A stretch of DNA of 64,000 nucleotides from contig NDHX01000003.1 in NCBI GenBank assembly GCA_013626165.1, positions 64,115-128,114 of the forward strand. Direction: 5' to 3'. Source of the stretch: Candidatus Velesiimonas alkalicola. Its GTDB lineage: Bacteria; Omnitrophota; Gorgyraeia; Velesiimonadales; Velesiimonadaceae. Position 1 is the stretch's first letter; the number at the start of each line of letters is the position of its first letter. A model generated the notes under the pieces. That model had not been told where the DNA came from, did not search any database, and was given only the letters and a program-made list of their open reading frames with translations. Made by a program: the position numbers and the translations under genes. Positions 1 to 12,116 of this stretch are shown one piece after another.

Positions 1-719
1 GCAAGTCTATTATTCAGTATCTTTCCTATGAAAGATTTCCTTGATGTTCCTATAAGCACAGGACACCCGAGTGTATGTAGAATGTCCAGTTTGCGAAGAA
101 TTTCAAGATTGTGTTCCGGTGTTTTTCCAAATCCTATGCCAGGGTCAACTGCTATTTGAGTTTTTTTTAAGCCCTGTTTTAAGCCAATGTCTATTTGTTT
201 TTTAAGCCTGTTTATAATTTCTTTCAAAAGGTCTTTATAATGAGGATTTTTTTGCATTGTTTTAGGTGTTCCTTTGATGTGCATAATAACAATGGGAATA
301 TTTTGTTTTGCTGCAATTTTTGCTATTTCTTGTCCCTCAGATAATCCTCTTATATTGTTGATAATGCCCGCACCTGCATCAACAGCAGCTTCTGCAATAG
401 AAGACCTTGTTGTATCAACCGAAATAGGAACCTTTATTTTTTTTGAAAGTGTTCTTATAACCGGAATGGTTCTTTGATATTCCTCCTCTTTGCTTATCCA
501 TACCGAACCGGGTCTTGTTGATTGACCCCCTGTATCTATTATATCTGCCCCTTCTTCAACAAGTTTTATTCCTGTTTCAACTGCCAGAGTAAGATTTTTA
601 TATATTCCATCTCCTGAAAAAGAATCAGGTGTAACATTTAATATACCCATAATCAGGGTTTTTTTACCAAGCACAATTTTTTTCCCATTGCAGTCCCAAC
701 AAAATATCTTTCTTTCCAT
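1..719 (-). CDS. folP: Dihydropteroate synthase (3' end runs off the window)
   Basis: Manual translation from ATG 719: MERKIF...LIMGILNVTPDSFSGDG...GADIIDTGGQSTRPG...ISVDT...IMHIKGTPKTMQ...DPGIGFGK; follows ftsH as in the common ftsH-folP order. Confidence 0.93.
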   Translation of the reverse strand, partial: MERKIFCWDCNGKKIVLGKKTLIMGILNVTPDSFSGDGIYKNLTLAVETGIKLVEEGADIIDTGGQSTRPGSVWISKEEEYQRTIPVIRTLSKKIKVPISVDTTRSSIAEAAVDAGAGIINNIRGLSEGQEIAKIAAKQNIPIVIMHIKGTPKTMQKNPHYKDLLKEIINRLKKQIDIGLKQGLKKTQIAVDPGIGFGKTPEHNLEILRKLDILHTLGCPVLIGTSRKSFIGKILNNRL

Positions 720-825
720 AACCAAAATTCCATCGCCCCGTATTCCGTTCACCGTTTTCCGTTCACCAAAATGCCAGAGCGCAAGGGCACCAGTCGCCTG
801 TCACCTGTCACCGCTTGCCAGGTTC

Positions 826-2685
826 TTATACCTTCACTATCTTTAGGCCAAGCAATTCCTCCACCTCTTTCATCTCAAGAACCTCTTTTTCCATCAATGT
901 TGTGGCAAGGATCTTAAGTTTATCTAAATTTTCAGATAGCACCTGTTTTGCCCTGGTATATGCGGTATTTAATAAACGATGAATTTCTTCATCAATAACC
1001 TGAGCGGTTTTTTCAGAATAATTTCTTTCCTCTAACAGGTCTCTTCCAAGAAATACCTGGTGCTGCCCTTTGCCAAGCGTAACAAGACCAAGCCCTTCTG
1101 CCATCCCATATTCACACACCATATGTCTTACAATCTCTGTCGCAATATCAAGGTCATTTGCCGCTCCTGTTGTTATTTCATTAAATATCAGTTCTTCAGA
1201 CGTCCTTCCGCCAAGCAATCCCACAACCCTTCCTAAAAGCTCATTCTTGCTTATTATATATCTATCTTCTGTGGGAAGCCTCATAGTATATCCAAGTGCA
1301 AGCCCCCTCGGTATCATAGAAACCTTATGAAGAGGTTCTGAACCTGGTATTAAAAGTGCAAGAAGTGCATGTCCTGATTCATGGTATGCAACCAACTGTC
1401 TTTCATGTGGACTTATTATTCTGCTTTTCTTTTCAGGCCCCGCAATAACCCTCTCTATGGCGGCTTGAAATTCAAGTATGGTAATGTCTTCTTTACCCTT
1501 TCTTGCTGCAAGAAGTGCAGCCTCGTTTACAAGATTTGCAAGGTCTGCCCCAGAAAAACCTGATGTTTGTCTTGCAATGGATTTTATATCAATATCCTTT
1601 GCAGGTTTTACTTTCTTTATATGAACATTTAAGATAGCCTCTCTTCCGAGAATATCTGGTCTGTTTATAACAATCTGTCTATCAAACCTTCCTCTTCTTA
1701 AAAGAGCAGGGTCAAGAACATCAGGCCTGTTTGTAGCAGCAACACATATGATGCCTTCCTGTGTGTCAAACCCATCCATCTCAACAAGGAGTGCATTAAG
1801 TGTCTGTTCTCTTTCATCGTGTCCTCCGCCAAGTCCTGCAAACCTCTGTCTTCCAACTGCATCTATTTCATCTATAAATACTATACAGCCCTTACCAATT
1901 GTTTTTGTAGCTCTTTTTGCCTGTTCAAAAAGGTCTCTTACCCTTGATGCTCCCACGCCTACAAACATTTCTACAAAATCAGAACCTGATATACTAAAAA
2001 ATGGCACACCTGCTTCTCCTGCGACAGCCTTTGCAAGAAGTGTTTTACCTGTCCCAGGAGCTCCCATAAGAAGAACACCTTTGGGTATCCGCCCACCGAG
2101 TTTCTGAAATTTTTTCGGGTCTTTTAAAAATTCTATTATCTCCTGCATCTCTTCCTTTGCCTCGTCAACACCCGCAACATCCTTAAATGTAATGGGATTT
2201 TGCGCCTGTGCAACCATTCTTGCGCCACTTCTACCGAATGAAAATATCTTTGCCCCCCCTTGCACTGCCCCACGAAAGAATAAAAGCCAGATTATAAATA
2301 TAAAAAGAATAGTAGGTCCAAAAAAAAGTAAGAACTGTTGCAATGCCCTTCTTGGTTGTCTATTTGTAAAATCAACACCGCTTTCTCTTATAAGTTCTAC
2401 CATTTGTGTGTCTGTTTCCGGTATTATTACACGGTATTTCTTTTCATCGCTCATCTGTACATGGAGTATATCTGCTTCTTTTTCAATAGCATGGATACCA
2501 AGGGGCGATGTTTTAAGTAGCCTGTAAAGTTCTCCGTCAGACATATTCTGGATTGTTTCCCGGTTTAGATTTGTTATAAAAAGCCATCCCAGTGTAATCA
2601 ATACAATAATCCACACAATAAATATAGGATTAAACTTTTGTTTTTGTTGACGTTCTCTTTTATTATCCTTTTTTATATTGTCCAC
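826..2685 (-). CDS. ftsH: ATP-dependent zinc metalloprotease FtsH
   Basis: Two N-terminal TM segments, Walker A GAPGTGKT, Walker B IVFIDEID, pore FVEMFVG, Zn motif HESGH; GTG start after GGAGG. Confidence 0.97.
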   Translation of the reverse strand: MDNIKKDNKRERQQKQKFNPIFIVWIIVLITLGWLFITNLNRETIQNMSDGELYRLLKTSPLGIHAIEKEADILHVQMSDEKKYRVIIPETDTQMVELIRESGVDFTNRQPRRALQQFLLFFGPTILFIFIIWLLFFRGAVQGGAKIFSFGRSGARMVAQAQNPITFKDVAGVDEAKEEMQEIIEFLKDPKKFQKLGGRIPKGVLLMGAPGTGKTLLAKAVAGEAGVPFFSISGSDFVEMFVGVGASRVRDLFEQAKRATKTIGKGCIVFIDEIDAVGRQRFAGLGGGHDEREQTLNALLVEMDGFDTQEGIICVAATNRPDVLDPALLRRGRFDRQIVINRPDILGREAILNVHIKKVKPAKDIDIKSIARQTSGFSGADLANLVNEAALLAARKGKEDITILEFQAAIERVIAGPEKKSRIISPHERQLVAYHESGHALLALLIPGSEPLHKVSMIPRGLALGYTMRLPTEDRYIISKNELLGRVVGLLGGRTSEELIFNEITTGAANDLDIATEIVRHMVCEYGMAEGLGLVTLGKGQHQVFLGRDLLEERNYSEKTAQVIDEEIHRLLNTAYTRAKQVLSENLDKLKILATTLMEKEVLEMKEVEELLGLKIVKV

Positions 2686-2740
2686 TATCTCCTCCGTCTT
2701 TTAAAATTTCCTTGCTTATTATACTATAAATTATATTAAA

Positions 2741-2876
2741 TTCAAGATGTGACTTCCCGCTTCCCAATTTCTGGCGGGACGAAATTTGACTTTTGCCTGT
2801 GATTCTGTTATAATAGAGGAAGAAAATAAGGAGGTTCTGGAGTCTCAACTTGTAACCACATCTTGAAGCCAGGACA
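2741..2876. mobile_element. IS-end/MITE remnant, copy 1
   Basis: 11-bp inverted repeat TTCAAGATGTG (2741-2751) / CACATCTTGAA (2857-2867); about 95 bp similar to an inverted copy at 21609-21705. Confidence 0.6.
2786..2814 (+). promoter_or_regulatory. Near-consensus sigma70 promoter inside the IS remnant
   Basis: TTGACT (2786-2791), 17 bp, TATAAT (2809-2814), with extended -10 TG at 2806-2807. Confidence 0.65.
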
Positions 2877-2934
2877 TAAATAAAAAAAATTACAGTATAT
2901 GCACCATAATATTTCTATCGTAAGAGGAATAGAA

Positions 2935-3162
2935 ATGATTTGTGATAATTGTGGAAAACAAGATGTGCATATCCGCAGAGTTGCCAGGACATATGGCAAG
3001 GGTAGGGACATTTTTGTAATAGAAAATGTTCCTATTGTAATTTGTCTGCACTGCGGAGAAAGTTATCTTGAGGCCGAAACACTGCATGAAATTGAACATA
3101 TTAAGTTGCACAAAAAGAGTTTTGCAGTTAAGCGTTCGGTTTCTGTTATCAATTTTGCTTAA
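2935..3162 (+). CDS. YgiT-type zinc finger protein (MqsA-like antitoxin family)
   Basis: MICDNCG...FVIENVPIVICLHCGESYL, two CxxC pairs; GAGGA upstream of ATG 2935. Confidence 0.85.
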   Translation: MICDNCGKQDVHIRRVARTYGKGRDIFVIENVPIVICLHCGESYLEAETLHEIEHIKLHKKSFAVKRSVSVINFA

Positions 3163-3182
3163 AGAAAATAATCGTGCATTTC

Positions 3183-3376
3183 ACATAACACCAGGTTTTG
3201 CGACGCTCCAAATTATTTAGATTAAGAATTGAGGTCGCTCCATGCCGTCCGTTTTATTATTGAGATTAAACTGAAATAGGTGTGCGGCACGACACGAAGC
3301 CTAACCGATACTCGGTCATCGGCTACACCCAAGTTCCCACTTTGTGGAAACTTTGTATGTCCGCATCTCGTCATAC
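3183..3376 (+). repeat. Degenerate integron attC-like site
   Basis: R''-like ACATAAC (3183-3189) just after the zinc-finger gene, internal hairpin AAGTTCCCAC-TTT-GTGGAAACTT, decayed R'-like GTCATAC (3370-3376). Confidence 0.45.
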
Positions 3377-3520
3377 GCTTATTGGTCGCCTAAAAAAGGA
3401 AATAAGGTATGAAAAAATTATCCGACATTGAAATTAAAAAATTTATGTTATAATTGATAATTATTACAAGAAATTTTAAGAAACATATGGAGTCAAACTC
3501 CTTACCTATTGACAGTTAAA

Positions 3521-3657
3521 TGACGGGTCGGGGAGTTTCCCGACTCATTATTCTGAGAAGCGGAGCAACGAAGGATCTCATGAGATTCTTCAGCCCTTTA
3601 GGCTTCAGGATGAGCCCTCAGAAGAAAATAGAGGAAAAAAACTCCCCGAGGGCTCAG
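3521..3657. repeat. Cluster of REP-like palindromes
   Basis: GTCGGGA-GTT-TCCCGAC hairpin; ATTCTGAG...GAAGGATCTC-AT-GAGATTCTTC...TTCAGGATGA palindrome; GAGCCCTC...GAGGGCTC stem. Confidence 0.5.
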
Positions 3658-3725
3658 TTAAATCTCATATTGATATACTGTAAACAGCAATTTTTAAACT
3701 TAAAATTCTTATAACAAAAGGTGGT

Positions 3726-5168
3726 ATGGATAATGAGATAAAAGATATGTTTAAAACAAAACAGTCTTTACAAAAAGAAAAATGGGAAGAAATATTTGAA
3801 AAGGCAAAGTCATCTGCACTAAAAAATAATTATAGATATGCCCTGCATATGCTTGATGAGGTTGTTCAGTTAAAACCTGATTTGTATGAGGCACATATGC
3901 TTATGCGTGTCTGTGAAAGAAGAAAAACAGATGCGAACCCTCCCTCAATCGTAAGTAAAATTATAAGAATGATAAAGATCCCAAAGATAATATCATCAGG
4001 AACAGTTGCACTAAACCAGAACAAACCCCTCGTTGCAATCAAAATTACTGAAAAGGCACTTCATAGCAACCCCTATAACCCCAGGCTTCTTTCACTTCTG
4101 GCAGAAGCAATGCTAAGAGCAGGTATGATAGAGTCTGCAATAGGCACCTATGAAAGTATATTAGAGTTTAACAAAAAAAATACAAAGGTAATGAAAAAAC
4201 TTGGAGAATTATATTCAAGTAAAGAAGACTACAAAAAAGCACGAAATTATTTAAACGTTGCAAGTAGATTAAAACCAAACGATGATGAAATCCTGTTTCA
4301 ATTGAAAAAAATTGACGCACATGAAACAATACAAAAAGGAAGATGGGAAGAATCAAGCACAGGCACATTCAGAACAAGCGTAAAAGACACAGCACAGGCT
4401 ACACAGATTGAAAGAGAGGAAAAAATTGTAAGAACAGAGTCTGATATAGACCAGATGATAAAGTATTACGAAGAAAAACTTAAAAGCGAACCCTCTAATC
4501 CTACCTTTCTTAGGACATTGGGGGACCTTTATGTAAGAGCGGAAGATTATGATAAGGCAGTGGAAAAATACCAGGATGTATTAAAGATTGACAAAACAAA
4601 CCTTGCAATAATAAGAAAGATTGGAGATGTGAACTTAAAAAAGATTGAGTTACAGATGGAAAAAACGAAAGAAAAATTAAAAAAATCTCCCAATGACCCT
4701 TTCATCTTAAAACAAATTGAAGCCTTAAAAAAAGAGGTAGAGGCTACAAAATTAAAAGAGGCCGGAAAAAGAGCAGCGCTTTACCCAACAGATCCTTCAA
4801 TAAGATTTGAATATGGGGTGCTGTTGTTTCAAAATAAAAACTACGACAAGGCAATTGCAGAGTTTCAGACAGTTGTGCCGGATCCTGCAAGAAGAGTGCA
4901 GGCACTTCATATGCTCGGCGTATGTTTTAGAGAAAAAGGTATGAACGACCTTGCGGTTGCCCAGTTTGAAAGAGCATTAGAAAATATGACTTCTCTTACA
5001 GAAGAAAAAAAAGAGCTTATATATGACCTTGGAATAACACTTGAAAAAATGAAAAAGTACAACGAAGCAACAGAACAGTTTAAAAAGATATTTGAGGTTG
5101 ATATAGGTTATAAAGATGTTGCAAAAAAAATAGAAGAAGCATACAAATCAAAAGATAGTGAAAAATAA
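3726..5168 (+). CDS. Tetratricopeptide repeat protein
   Basis: Many TPR-like units (LGELY...A...Y, LGDLY...AVEKY, LGVCF...A...FERAL, YDLG...A...F) over 480 aa. Confidence 0.88.
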   Translation: MDNEIKDMFKTKQSLQKEKWEEIFEKAKSSALKNNYRYALHMLDEVVQLKPDLYEAHMLMRVCERRKTDANPPSIVSKIIRMIKIPKIISSGTVALNQNKPLVAIKITEKALHSNPYNPRLLSLLAEAMLRAGMIESAIGTYESILEFNKKNTKVMKKLGELYSSKEDYKKARNYLNVASRLKPNDDEILFQLKKIDAHETIQKGRWEESSTGTFRTSVKDTAQATQIEREEKIVRTESDIDQMIKYYEEKLKSEPSNPTFLRTLGDLYVRAEDYDKAVEKYQDVLKIDKTNLAIIRKIGDVNLKKIELQMEKTKEKLKKSPNDPFILKQIEALKKEVEATKLKEAGKRAALYPTDPSIRFEYGVLLFQNKNYDKAIAEFQTVVPDPARRVQALHMLGVCFREKGMNDLAVAQFERALENMTSLTEEKKELIYDLGITLEKMKKYNEATEQFKKIFEVDIGYKDVAKKIEEAYKSKDSEK

Positions 5169-8100
5169 ATGAATTTTAAAATACAACCTAAAAAATTTAA
5201 CCATAATAATATCACATACACTTCCTCTGCCTCAACATTCCATTTCCATATCTCAAAAATCTGCAGGGAAAAATACAATATAGATGAGGATTTTTCTTCT
5301 ATTACAGGTAATGTGATTTTTAGAAATCTGAAGATTGCAAAAGAACTGGCATACAAAATAAACCAGAAAAGAAATCTTATTAAACAGCCGGAACAAACAA
5401 TAAGTGCAGGTCAGTTAAATGCAATGACTCTTGAGGATGAGATTTTTCATTATGTGCTCGGTATTTATAAAAGAAAGAAAAAATCCGATGTATTTGCAGA
5501 AGCCATTGAATATATTGAAAAAAAGATTGGTCCTGCCTTAAAACAAACACTTATAGATTTTGTTGAAACATTCCCGCCGCTTTCTGTTTATAGGGGTGGC
5601 ATAATCCCTAAAAAATATATAGAAGACAGCACCAACGGTATTAAAAATTCAGAGATAATTTTAGAAGAAATGTTTCTTACTTTTCTTGCAAACAACAATC
5701 CCGCATTTGAACAATTTCTTGAACTTTTTGACGATAAAATTCTTAAAAAAAACACATCCTATCTTGAAGTAATTTATAACCTTTGCAGATTTTTAGAAAA
5801 AAAACCAAGGTTTGGTCCTTATAATCAAGATATAGTAAATTTATTAAAATCCCCTGTTGTTGCACATCCAAGGTCTATTACAGGGCAACTTCTTTATATA
5901 AAAGAACACTGGGGATTGCTGTTATCCGAAGAACTTTTAGAAAAACTTTTACACAGGCTTCTTGTTGCGCTTGATATGATAAAAGAAGAAGAAAAGATGC
6001 CTTTTTTAGGGGCAATGGAAACATTTGTCCCCTTTTTTAAAAAAGGTATGGGACTTTATGATGAACCTGAAAGATACAGTCAGGATTTGGACTGGATGTC
6101 AAATATTGTACTGATTGCAAAAAACACATATGTCTGGCTTGACCAGTTATCAAAAAAATACCAGTATCCTATAACAACCCTTTGTGCAATACCCGATGAA
6201 GAGATAGACACACTTTTCAGATGGGGTTTTACGGGCCTGTGGTTAATAGGGGTGTGGGAAAGAAGTCCCGCCTCAAGAAAGATAAAACAGATAACAGGAA
6301 ACCCTGAGGCACATTCATCTGCATATTCTATCTATGATTATACAGTTGCAAATGAGTTGGGCGGAGAACAGGGATATGAAAATCTAAAACAAAGGGCTCT
6401 TAAAAGAGGTATAAGAATTGCCATAGATATGGTTCCAAACCATGTGGGAATATGCTCAAAATGGGTAATAGAACATCCGGACTGGTTTATACAACTACGG
6501 CATATTCCCTTCCCTAAATATCAATTCAATGGAACAGACCTTTCAGACAACACAAGGATAAGTATTTTTATAGAGGACGGATACTGGAACAGAACAGATG
6601 CTGCTGTTGTATTTAAAAGACTTGACAGACAGACAGGGGATGTTCGTTATATCTATCATGGCAACGACGGAACAAGTATGCCCTGGAATGATACGGCACA
6701 ACTAAATTTTCTTATCCCGGAGGTCCAAGAAGCGGTGATACAGCAAATTCTTAATGTTTCAAGAAAATCTTCCATCATAAGGTTTGATGCAGCAATGACA
6801 CTTGCAAAAAAACATTATAAGAGGCTCTGGTTCCCGGAGGCTGGAACAGGAGGAGACATCCCATCAAGGACTGAACATACTGTATCAAATGAGGAGTTTG
6901 AAAAACTATTTCCCGTTGAATTCTGGAGACAGGTTGTTGACAGGGTAGCAAAAGAGGCGCCTGATACACTTCTTCTTGCAGAGGCATTCTGGCTTATGGA
7001 GGGATATTTTGTAAGAACATTAGGTATGCACAGGGTATATAACAGTGCATTTATGAATATGTTAAAAAATGAAGAAAACTCAAAATACAGAAGTGTGATA
7101 AAAAATGTTATGGAGTTTGACAAAGAAATCTTAAAGAGATTTGTAAATTTTATGGATAACCCTGATGAGGTTCCAGCCGTGATACAATTTGGAAAAGACG
7201 ATAAATATTTTGGAATCACAGTAATGATGGTAACAATGCCCGGACTTCCGATGTTCGGACATGGACAGATTCAGGGGTTTAGAGAAAAATACGGAATGGA
7301 ATACAGGAAAGCATACTGGGATGAAAATCCTGATATAAAATTCATAGAAAGACATGAAAGAGAAATATTTCCTCTTCTTAAAAAAAGACCTCTTTTCAGC
7401 AGAGTTGAAAATTTTCTTCTCTATGACCTATATGCAACAGATGGCAGGGTAAATGAAAATGTATTCGCATACAGCAACAGGTACGGAGACGAAAGAGCAA
7501 TTGTTGTGTATAACAATAAATATGAAGAAGCATCTGGATGGATAAAAACATCTGCTGCATTTCTTGATAGAAAAACCGGTAAACTTATACAAAAAAATAT
7601 AATAGACGGACTTAAGATTAATTGCAGTGAGAAATCCTTCATAGTATTCAAAGATCTTATCACAGGGATGGAGCACATAAGAAAAACAGACAAAATAAGA
7701 TCCGAAGGGCTATATATAGAATTAGGGGCATTTAAGTACAATGTATTTCTTGATTTCAAGGAAATACAGGACACAACGGGAAAATATACAGAGATTGAAA
7801 AAAGACTTAAAGGCGCGCCCGTACAAAGTATTGAAGAGGCAATTCTTGAGATGAAACTCGAACCCTTGCACAACAGAATAAAAAATGTATTCTTATCCCC
7901 TGAACAAAATTTTGCAGAAGAGATTGAATCGTTTCTAAAAGATTTTTCAAAGCCCTATAATGTCAAAAAAACATTTAATAAATTAAAAAGATACAAAGCA
8001 TTTAAGGAACTTAAAAAAATATATCAGGATAAAGTTTTTTATATATTGGGCACATCAATTCTATTGTCATCTGTTAAAAATATGTTTTTCCAATCAGGGT

Positions 8101-8459
8101 TGCACAATGTAATAAAAAAGTGTCTTCTACAAAAGGGGATTAACAACGCTGAAAAAATTATGGAAAAGATCCTGTTTATTTCAGAAAATCAGGATATATT
8201 AAATATCTGGACAGAAAATAAACTTAAAAAAATTATTGGATGCAACCAACATAACAATGTTTTATGGTTTCACAAAGAAAGTCTTGAAGAATTCTTATAT
8301 TTGTTATATATTACTGAACTAATAAGTGGTAATGCCAATAACTACAGGATTTATCAAAAAACTATAAATCTTGCAAAAAAATGTGGTTATAGGTTTGAAG
8401 AGTTTATAAAGCGGGCCCGCCAGCAAACAAAGACAGACAGAAAACAAGAAGCTCTATAG
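5169..8459 (+). CDS. Large alpha-amylase family (GH13) glycoside hydrolase
   Basis: GH13 regions DMVPNH, WNDTAQLN, IRFDAAM (nucleophile), LAEAFW (acid/base), FMDNPDE, TMPGLPM. Confidence 0.9.
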   Translation: MNFKIQPKKFNHNNITYTSSASTFHFHISKICREKYNIDEDFSSITGNVIFRNLKIAKELAYKINQKRNLIKQPEQTISAGQLNAMTLEDEIFHYVLGIYKRKKKSDVFAEAIEYIEKKIGPALKQTLIDFVETFPPLSVYRGGIIPKKYIEDSTNGIKNSEIILEEMFLTFLANNNPAFEQFLELFDDKILKKNTSYLEVIYNLCRFLEKKPRFGPYNQDIVNLLKSPVVAHPRSITGQLLYIKEHWGLLLSEELLEKLLHRLLVALDMIKEEEKMPFLGAMETFVPFFKKGMGLYDEPERYSQDLDWMSNIVLIAKNTYVWLDQLSKKYQYPITTLCAIPDEEIDTLFRWGFTGLWLIGVWERSPASRKIKQITGNPEAHSSAYSIYDYTVANELGGEQGYENLKQRALKRGIRIAIDMVPNHVGICSKWVIEHPDWFIQLRHIPFPKYQFNGTDLSDNTRISIFIEDGYWNRTDAAVVFKRLDRQTGDVRYIYHGNDGTSMPWNDTAQLNFLIPEVQEAVIQQILNVSRKSSIIRFDAAMTLAKKHYKRLWFPEAGTGGDIPSRTEHTVSNEEFEKLFPVEFWRQVVDRVAKEAPDTLLLAEAFWLMEGYFVRTLGMHRVYNSAFMNMLKNEENSKYRSVIKNVMEFDKEILKRFVNFMDNPDEVPAVIQFGKDDKYFGITVMMVTMPGLPMFGHGQIQGFREKYGMEYRKAYWDENPDIKFIERHEREIFPLLKKRPLFSRVENFLLYDLYATDGRVNENVFAYSNRYGDERAIVVYNNKYEEASGWIKTSAAFLDRKTGKLIQKNIIDGLKINCSEKSFIVFKDLITGMEHIRKTDKIRSEGLYIELGAFKYNVFLDFKEIQDTTGKYTEIEKRLKGAPVQSIEEAILEMKLEPLHNRIKNVFLSPEQNFAEEIESFLKDFSKPYNVKKTFNKLKRYKAFKELKKIYQDKVFYILGTSILLSSVKNMFFQSGLHNVIKKCLLQKGINNAEKIMEKILFISENQDILNIWTENKLKKIIGCNQHNNVLWFHKESLEEFLYLLYITELISGNANNYRIYQKTINLAKKCGYRFEEFIKRARQQTKTDRKQEAL

Positions 8460-8473
8460 GTTTAAATAAGCCC

Positions 8474-9847
<1,374 letters not shown>

Positions 9848-9932
9848 TTAAACAATCCAGCCAGAGTTCCCCGTCTTAATAAGACTGTAATATAATCAAC
9901 ACTACACAGGGGCCCTGTGTATATTTGCTTGT

Positions 9933-11675
9933 TCAGACAAACTGTTCACCTAATTTTTTTTCTAATTCAACAAGACTTGAGATGTCTTTTTCCGGAATAT
10001 ATTTTGCTCTTACAATGTCCTGTCTTACAGGAAGACCCATTATCTTATCAAGGCTTCTGCCTTCTGTTAGTGCAGACTTTGAAAACTCATAGAATCTGAT
10101 TATTATCTTTAAGATAAGATACTGCTTTTTAAGTGTTGTATATGCATCAACTCCATCAAACGCACTCTGATGTAAAAAATCCTCTCTTATTGAACGGGCA
10201 GACTCAAGTATGAGTCTATCCTGTGGTGAGAGTGTATCCATACCAACAAGCCTTGCTATCTCCTCCAATTCTGATTCTTCTTGTAAAAGACGCATTGCTT
10301 CTGTCCTTATTATTGCCCAGTCTGTTGACACATTTTCTTTCATAAATTTAAGAACAGATTCCGTATAAAGCGAGTAGGAGTTTAACCAGTTAATTGCTGG
10401 AAAATGTCTTCTGTATGCCAATTTATCTTCAAGTCCCCAAAAAACTTTTGTTACCCTTAATGTAGACTGAACAACGGGGTCCGAAAGATCTCCTCCCGGA
10501 GGAGATACTGCACCTATAACAGTAAGCGTTCCTTCTCTTTCCGAAGAACCCAAACACTGAACCTTCCCTGACCTTTCATAAAACTCCGCAATACGGTATG
10601 AAAGATATGCGGGATACCCTTCTTCGCCCGGCATTTCTTCAAGCCTGCCTGATATTTCACGCATTGCCTCTGCCCATCTGGATGTTGAGTCTGCCATAAG
10701 TGCGACAGAATATCCCATATCCCTGTAATATTCAGCAAGTGTAACTGCTGTGTAGACACTTGCCTCTCTTGCTGCAACAGGCATATTTGATGTGTTTGCT
10801 ATAATTATTGTTCTTTCCATTAGCGGCTTACCGGTTTTTGGATCTTTTAATTTAGGAAATTCAATAAGAAGATCCGTAACCTCGTTTCCTCTTTCACCGC
10901 AGGCACAATATATTATGACCTCAGCATCTGCCCATTTTGCAATCTGATGCTGGCATACTGTTTTACCTGAACCAAAAGGACCGGGGATACAGGCAGTTCC
11001 ACCTTTTGCAACAGGGAATAATGTATCAATAACCCTCTGGCCTGTAACAAGCGGTTGGGTTGGTGTTAATTTACCTTTTACAGGTCTTGGATTTCTGACG
11101 GCCCACAGGTGAAATAACGGAATGTCAATAATGTTGTTGTCTTTTGTTTTAATTTTAAGCAAAGTATCCGCTACGGAAAGATTCCCTGAAAAAACTTTTT
11201 CAACCTTTCCAGAAAGATATGGGGATAAAAGAATTTTATGACAGATAAGGCTTGTTTCCTCAACCTCTGCAATTATATCACCACCCTGAATATTATCACC
11301 GGATTGGACAGAAACAGTTACATTCCATTTTTTGGTTCTATCCAGTGCAGGTACCTGGATACCCCTTTTTATATAATTACCTGAAAGCGTTTTTAAGATA
11401 TCAAGAGGTCTTAGTATGCCATCAAAGATGTTGCCTAAAAGTCCCGGACCAAGTTCAACGCTGAGAGGCATTTTTGTGGTATAGACGGGTTCTCCGACCC
11501 CGATGCCGTCTGTTTCTTCATATACCTGAATTGATGACCTGTTCCCTTTTATTTCAATAATTTCACCCATAAGACGGTGTTGGCTTACCTGAACAACATT
11601 ATACATCTTTGCCTCAGGTATGCCCTCAGCAATAACAAGCGGACCAGATACCTTTACTATCTTGCCAAATTCCAT
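9933..11675 (-). CDS. atpA: V/A-type ATP synthase subunit A
   Basis: GPFGSGKT P-loop, CGERGNE, NTSNMPVAAREAS, EEMPGEEGYPAYL. Confidence 0.96.
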   Translation of the reverse strand: MEFGKIVKVSGPLVIAEGIPEAKMYNVVQVSQHRLMGEIIEIKGNRSSIQVYEETDGIGVGEPVYTTKMPLSVELGPGLLGNIFDGILRPLDILKTLSGNYIKRGIQVPALDRTKKWNVTVSVQSGDNIQGGDIIAEVEETSLICHKILLSPYLSGKVEKVFSGNLSVADTLLKIKTKDNNIIDIPLFHLWAVRNPRPVKGKLTPTQPLVTGQRVIDTLFPVAKGGTACIPGPFGSGKTVCQHQIAKWADAEVIIYCACGERGNEVTDLLIEFPKLKDPKTGKPLMERTIIIANTSNMPVAAREASVYTAVTLAEYYRDMGYSVALMADSTSRWAEAMREISGRLEEMPGEEGYPAYLSYRIAEFYERSGKVQCLGSSEREGTLTVIGAVSPPGGDLSDPVVQSTLRVTKVFWGLEDKLAYRRHFPAINWLNSYSLYTESVLKFMKENVSTDWAIIRTEAMRLLQEESELEEIARLVGMDTLSPQDRLILESARSIREDFLHQSAFDGVDAYTTLKKQYLILKIIIRFYEFSKSALTEGRSLDKIMGLPVRQDIVRAKYIPEKDISSLVELEKKLGEQFV

Positions 11676-11786
11676 TTTTACTCCGTTTTATCCGTATTCT
11701 GTCGCCAAGTCACCCACTACCTGTCACCTGTCATCTGTCACCTTGTCGCTTGTCCCCCTGACTCCTACCTGCTATCTACTATGTTG

Positions 11787-12116
11787 TCACTGTTCCTCAA
11801 ACAGCCTGTCCGAACCTAACGCTTTTCTTGCAGCATTTTTAATCTTTTCAAGTCCCATAGAGTCTTCTGTCCTGCCATCAGGAATAACAACAAAAATAGG
11901 AAAAGTCTCATCAGGCAGAGGATGTAGTATATGCTTTAATTGTTTTGCCCATACTTGCGCAACATAAACAATAGAATAATTCTGTTTTTTAACATCTTCT
12001 ATTGCTTTTTTTGCCTGTGCTATGTCTGTAACTCCAAACATTTTTGCACCAAATACCTTAAAACAAAGAACCACATCTTCATCTCCAATAATAGCAATTT
12101 TATCGTTTTTTACCAT
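11787..12116 (-). CDS. atpF: V/A-type ATP synthase subunit F
   Basis: KIAIIGDEDVVLCFKVFG...VVIPD...KALGSD; lies between C and A. Confidence 0.88.
   Translation of the reverse strand: MVKNDKIAIIGDEDVVLCFKVFGAKMFGVTDIAQAKKAIEDVKKQNYSIVYVAQVWAKQLKHILHPLPDETFPIFVVIPDGRTEDSMGLEKIKNAARKALGSDRLFEEQ

Noticed and set aside
274-477. Short plus-strand ORF, and the many similar 60-200 aa ORFs opposite known genes
   Set aside because: Antisense or off-frame shadows of folP and other housekeeping genes
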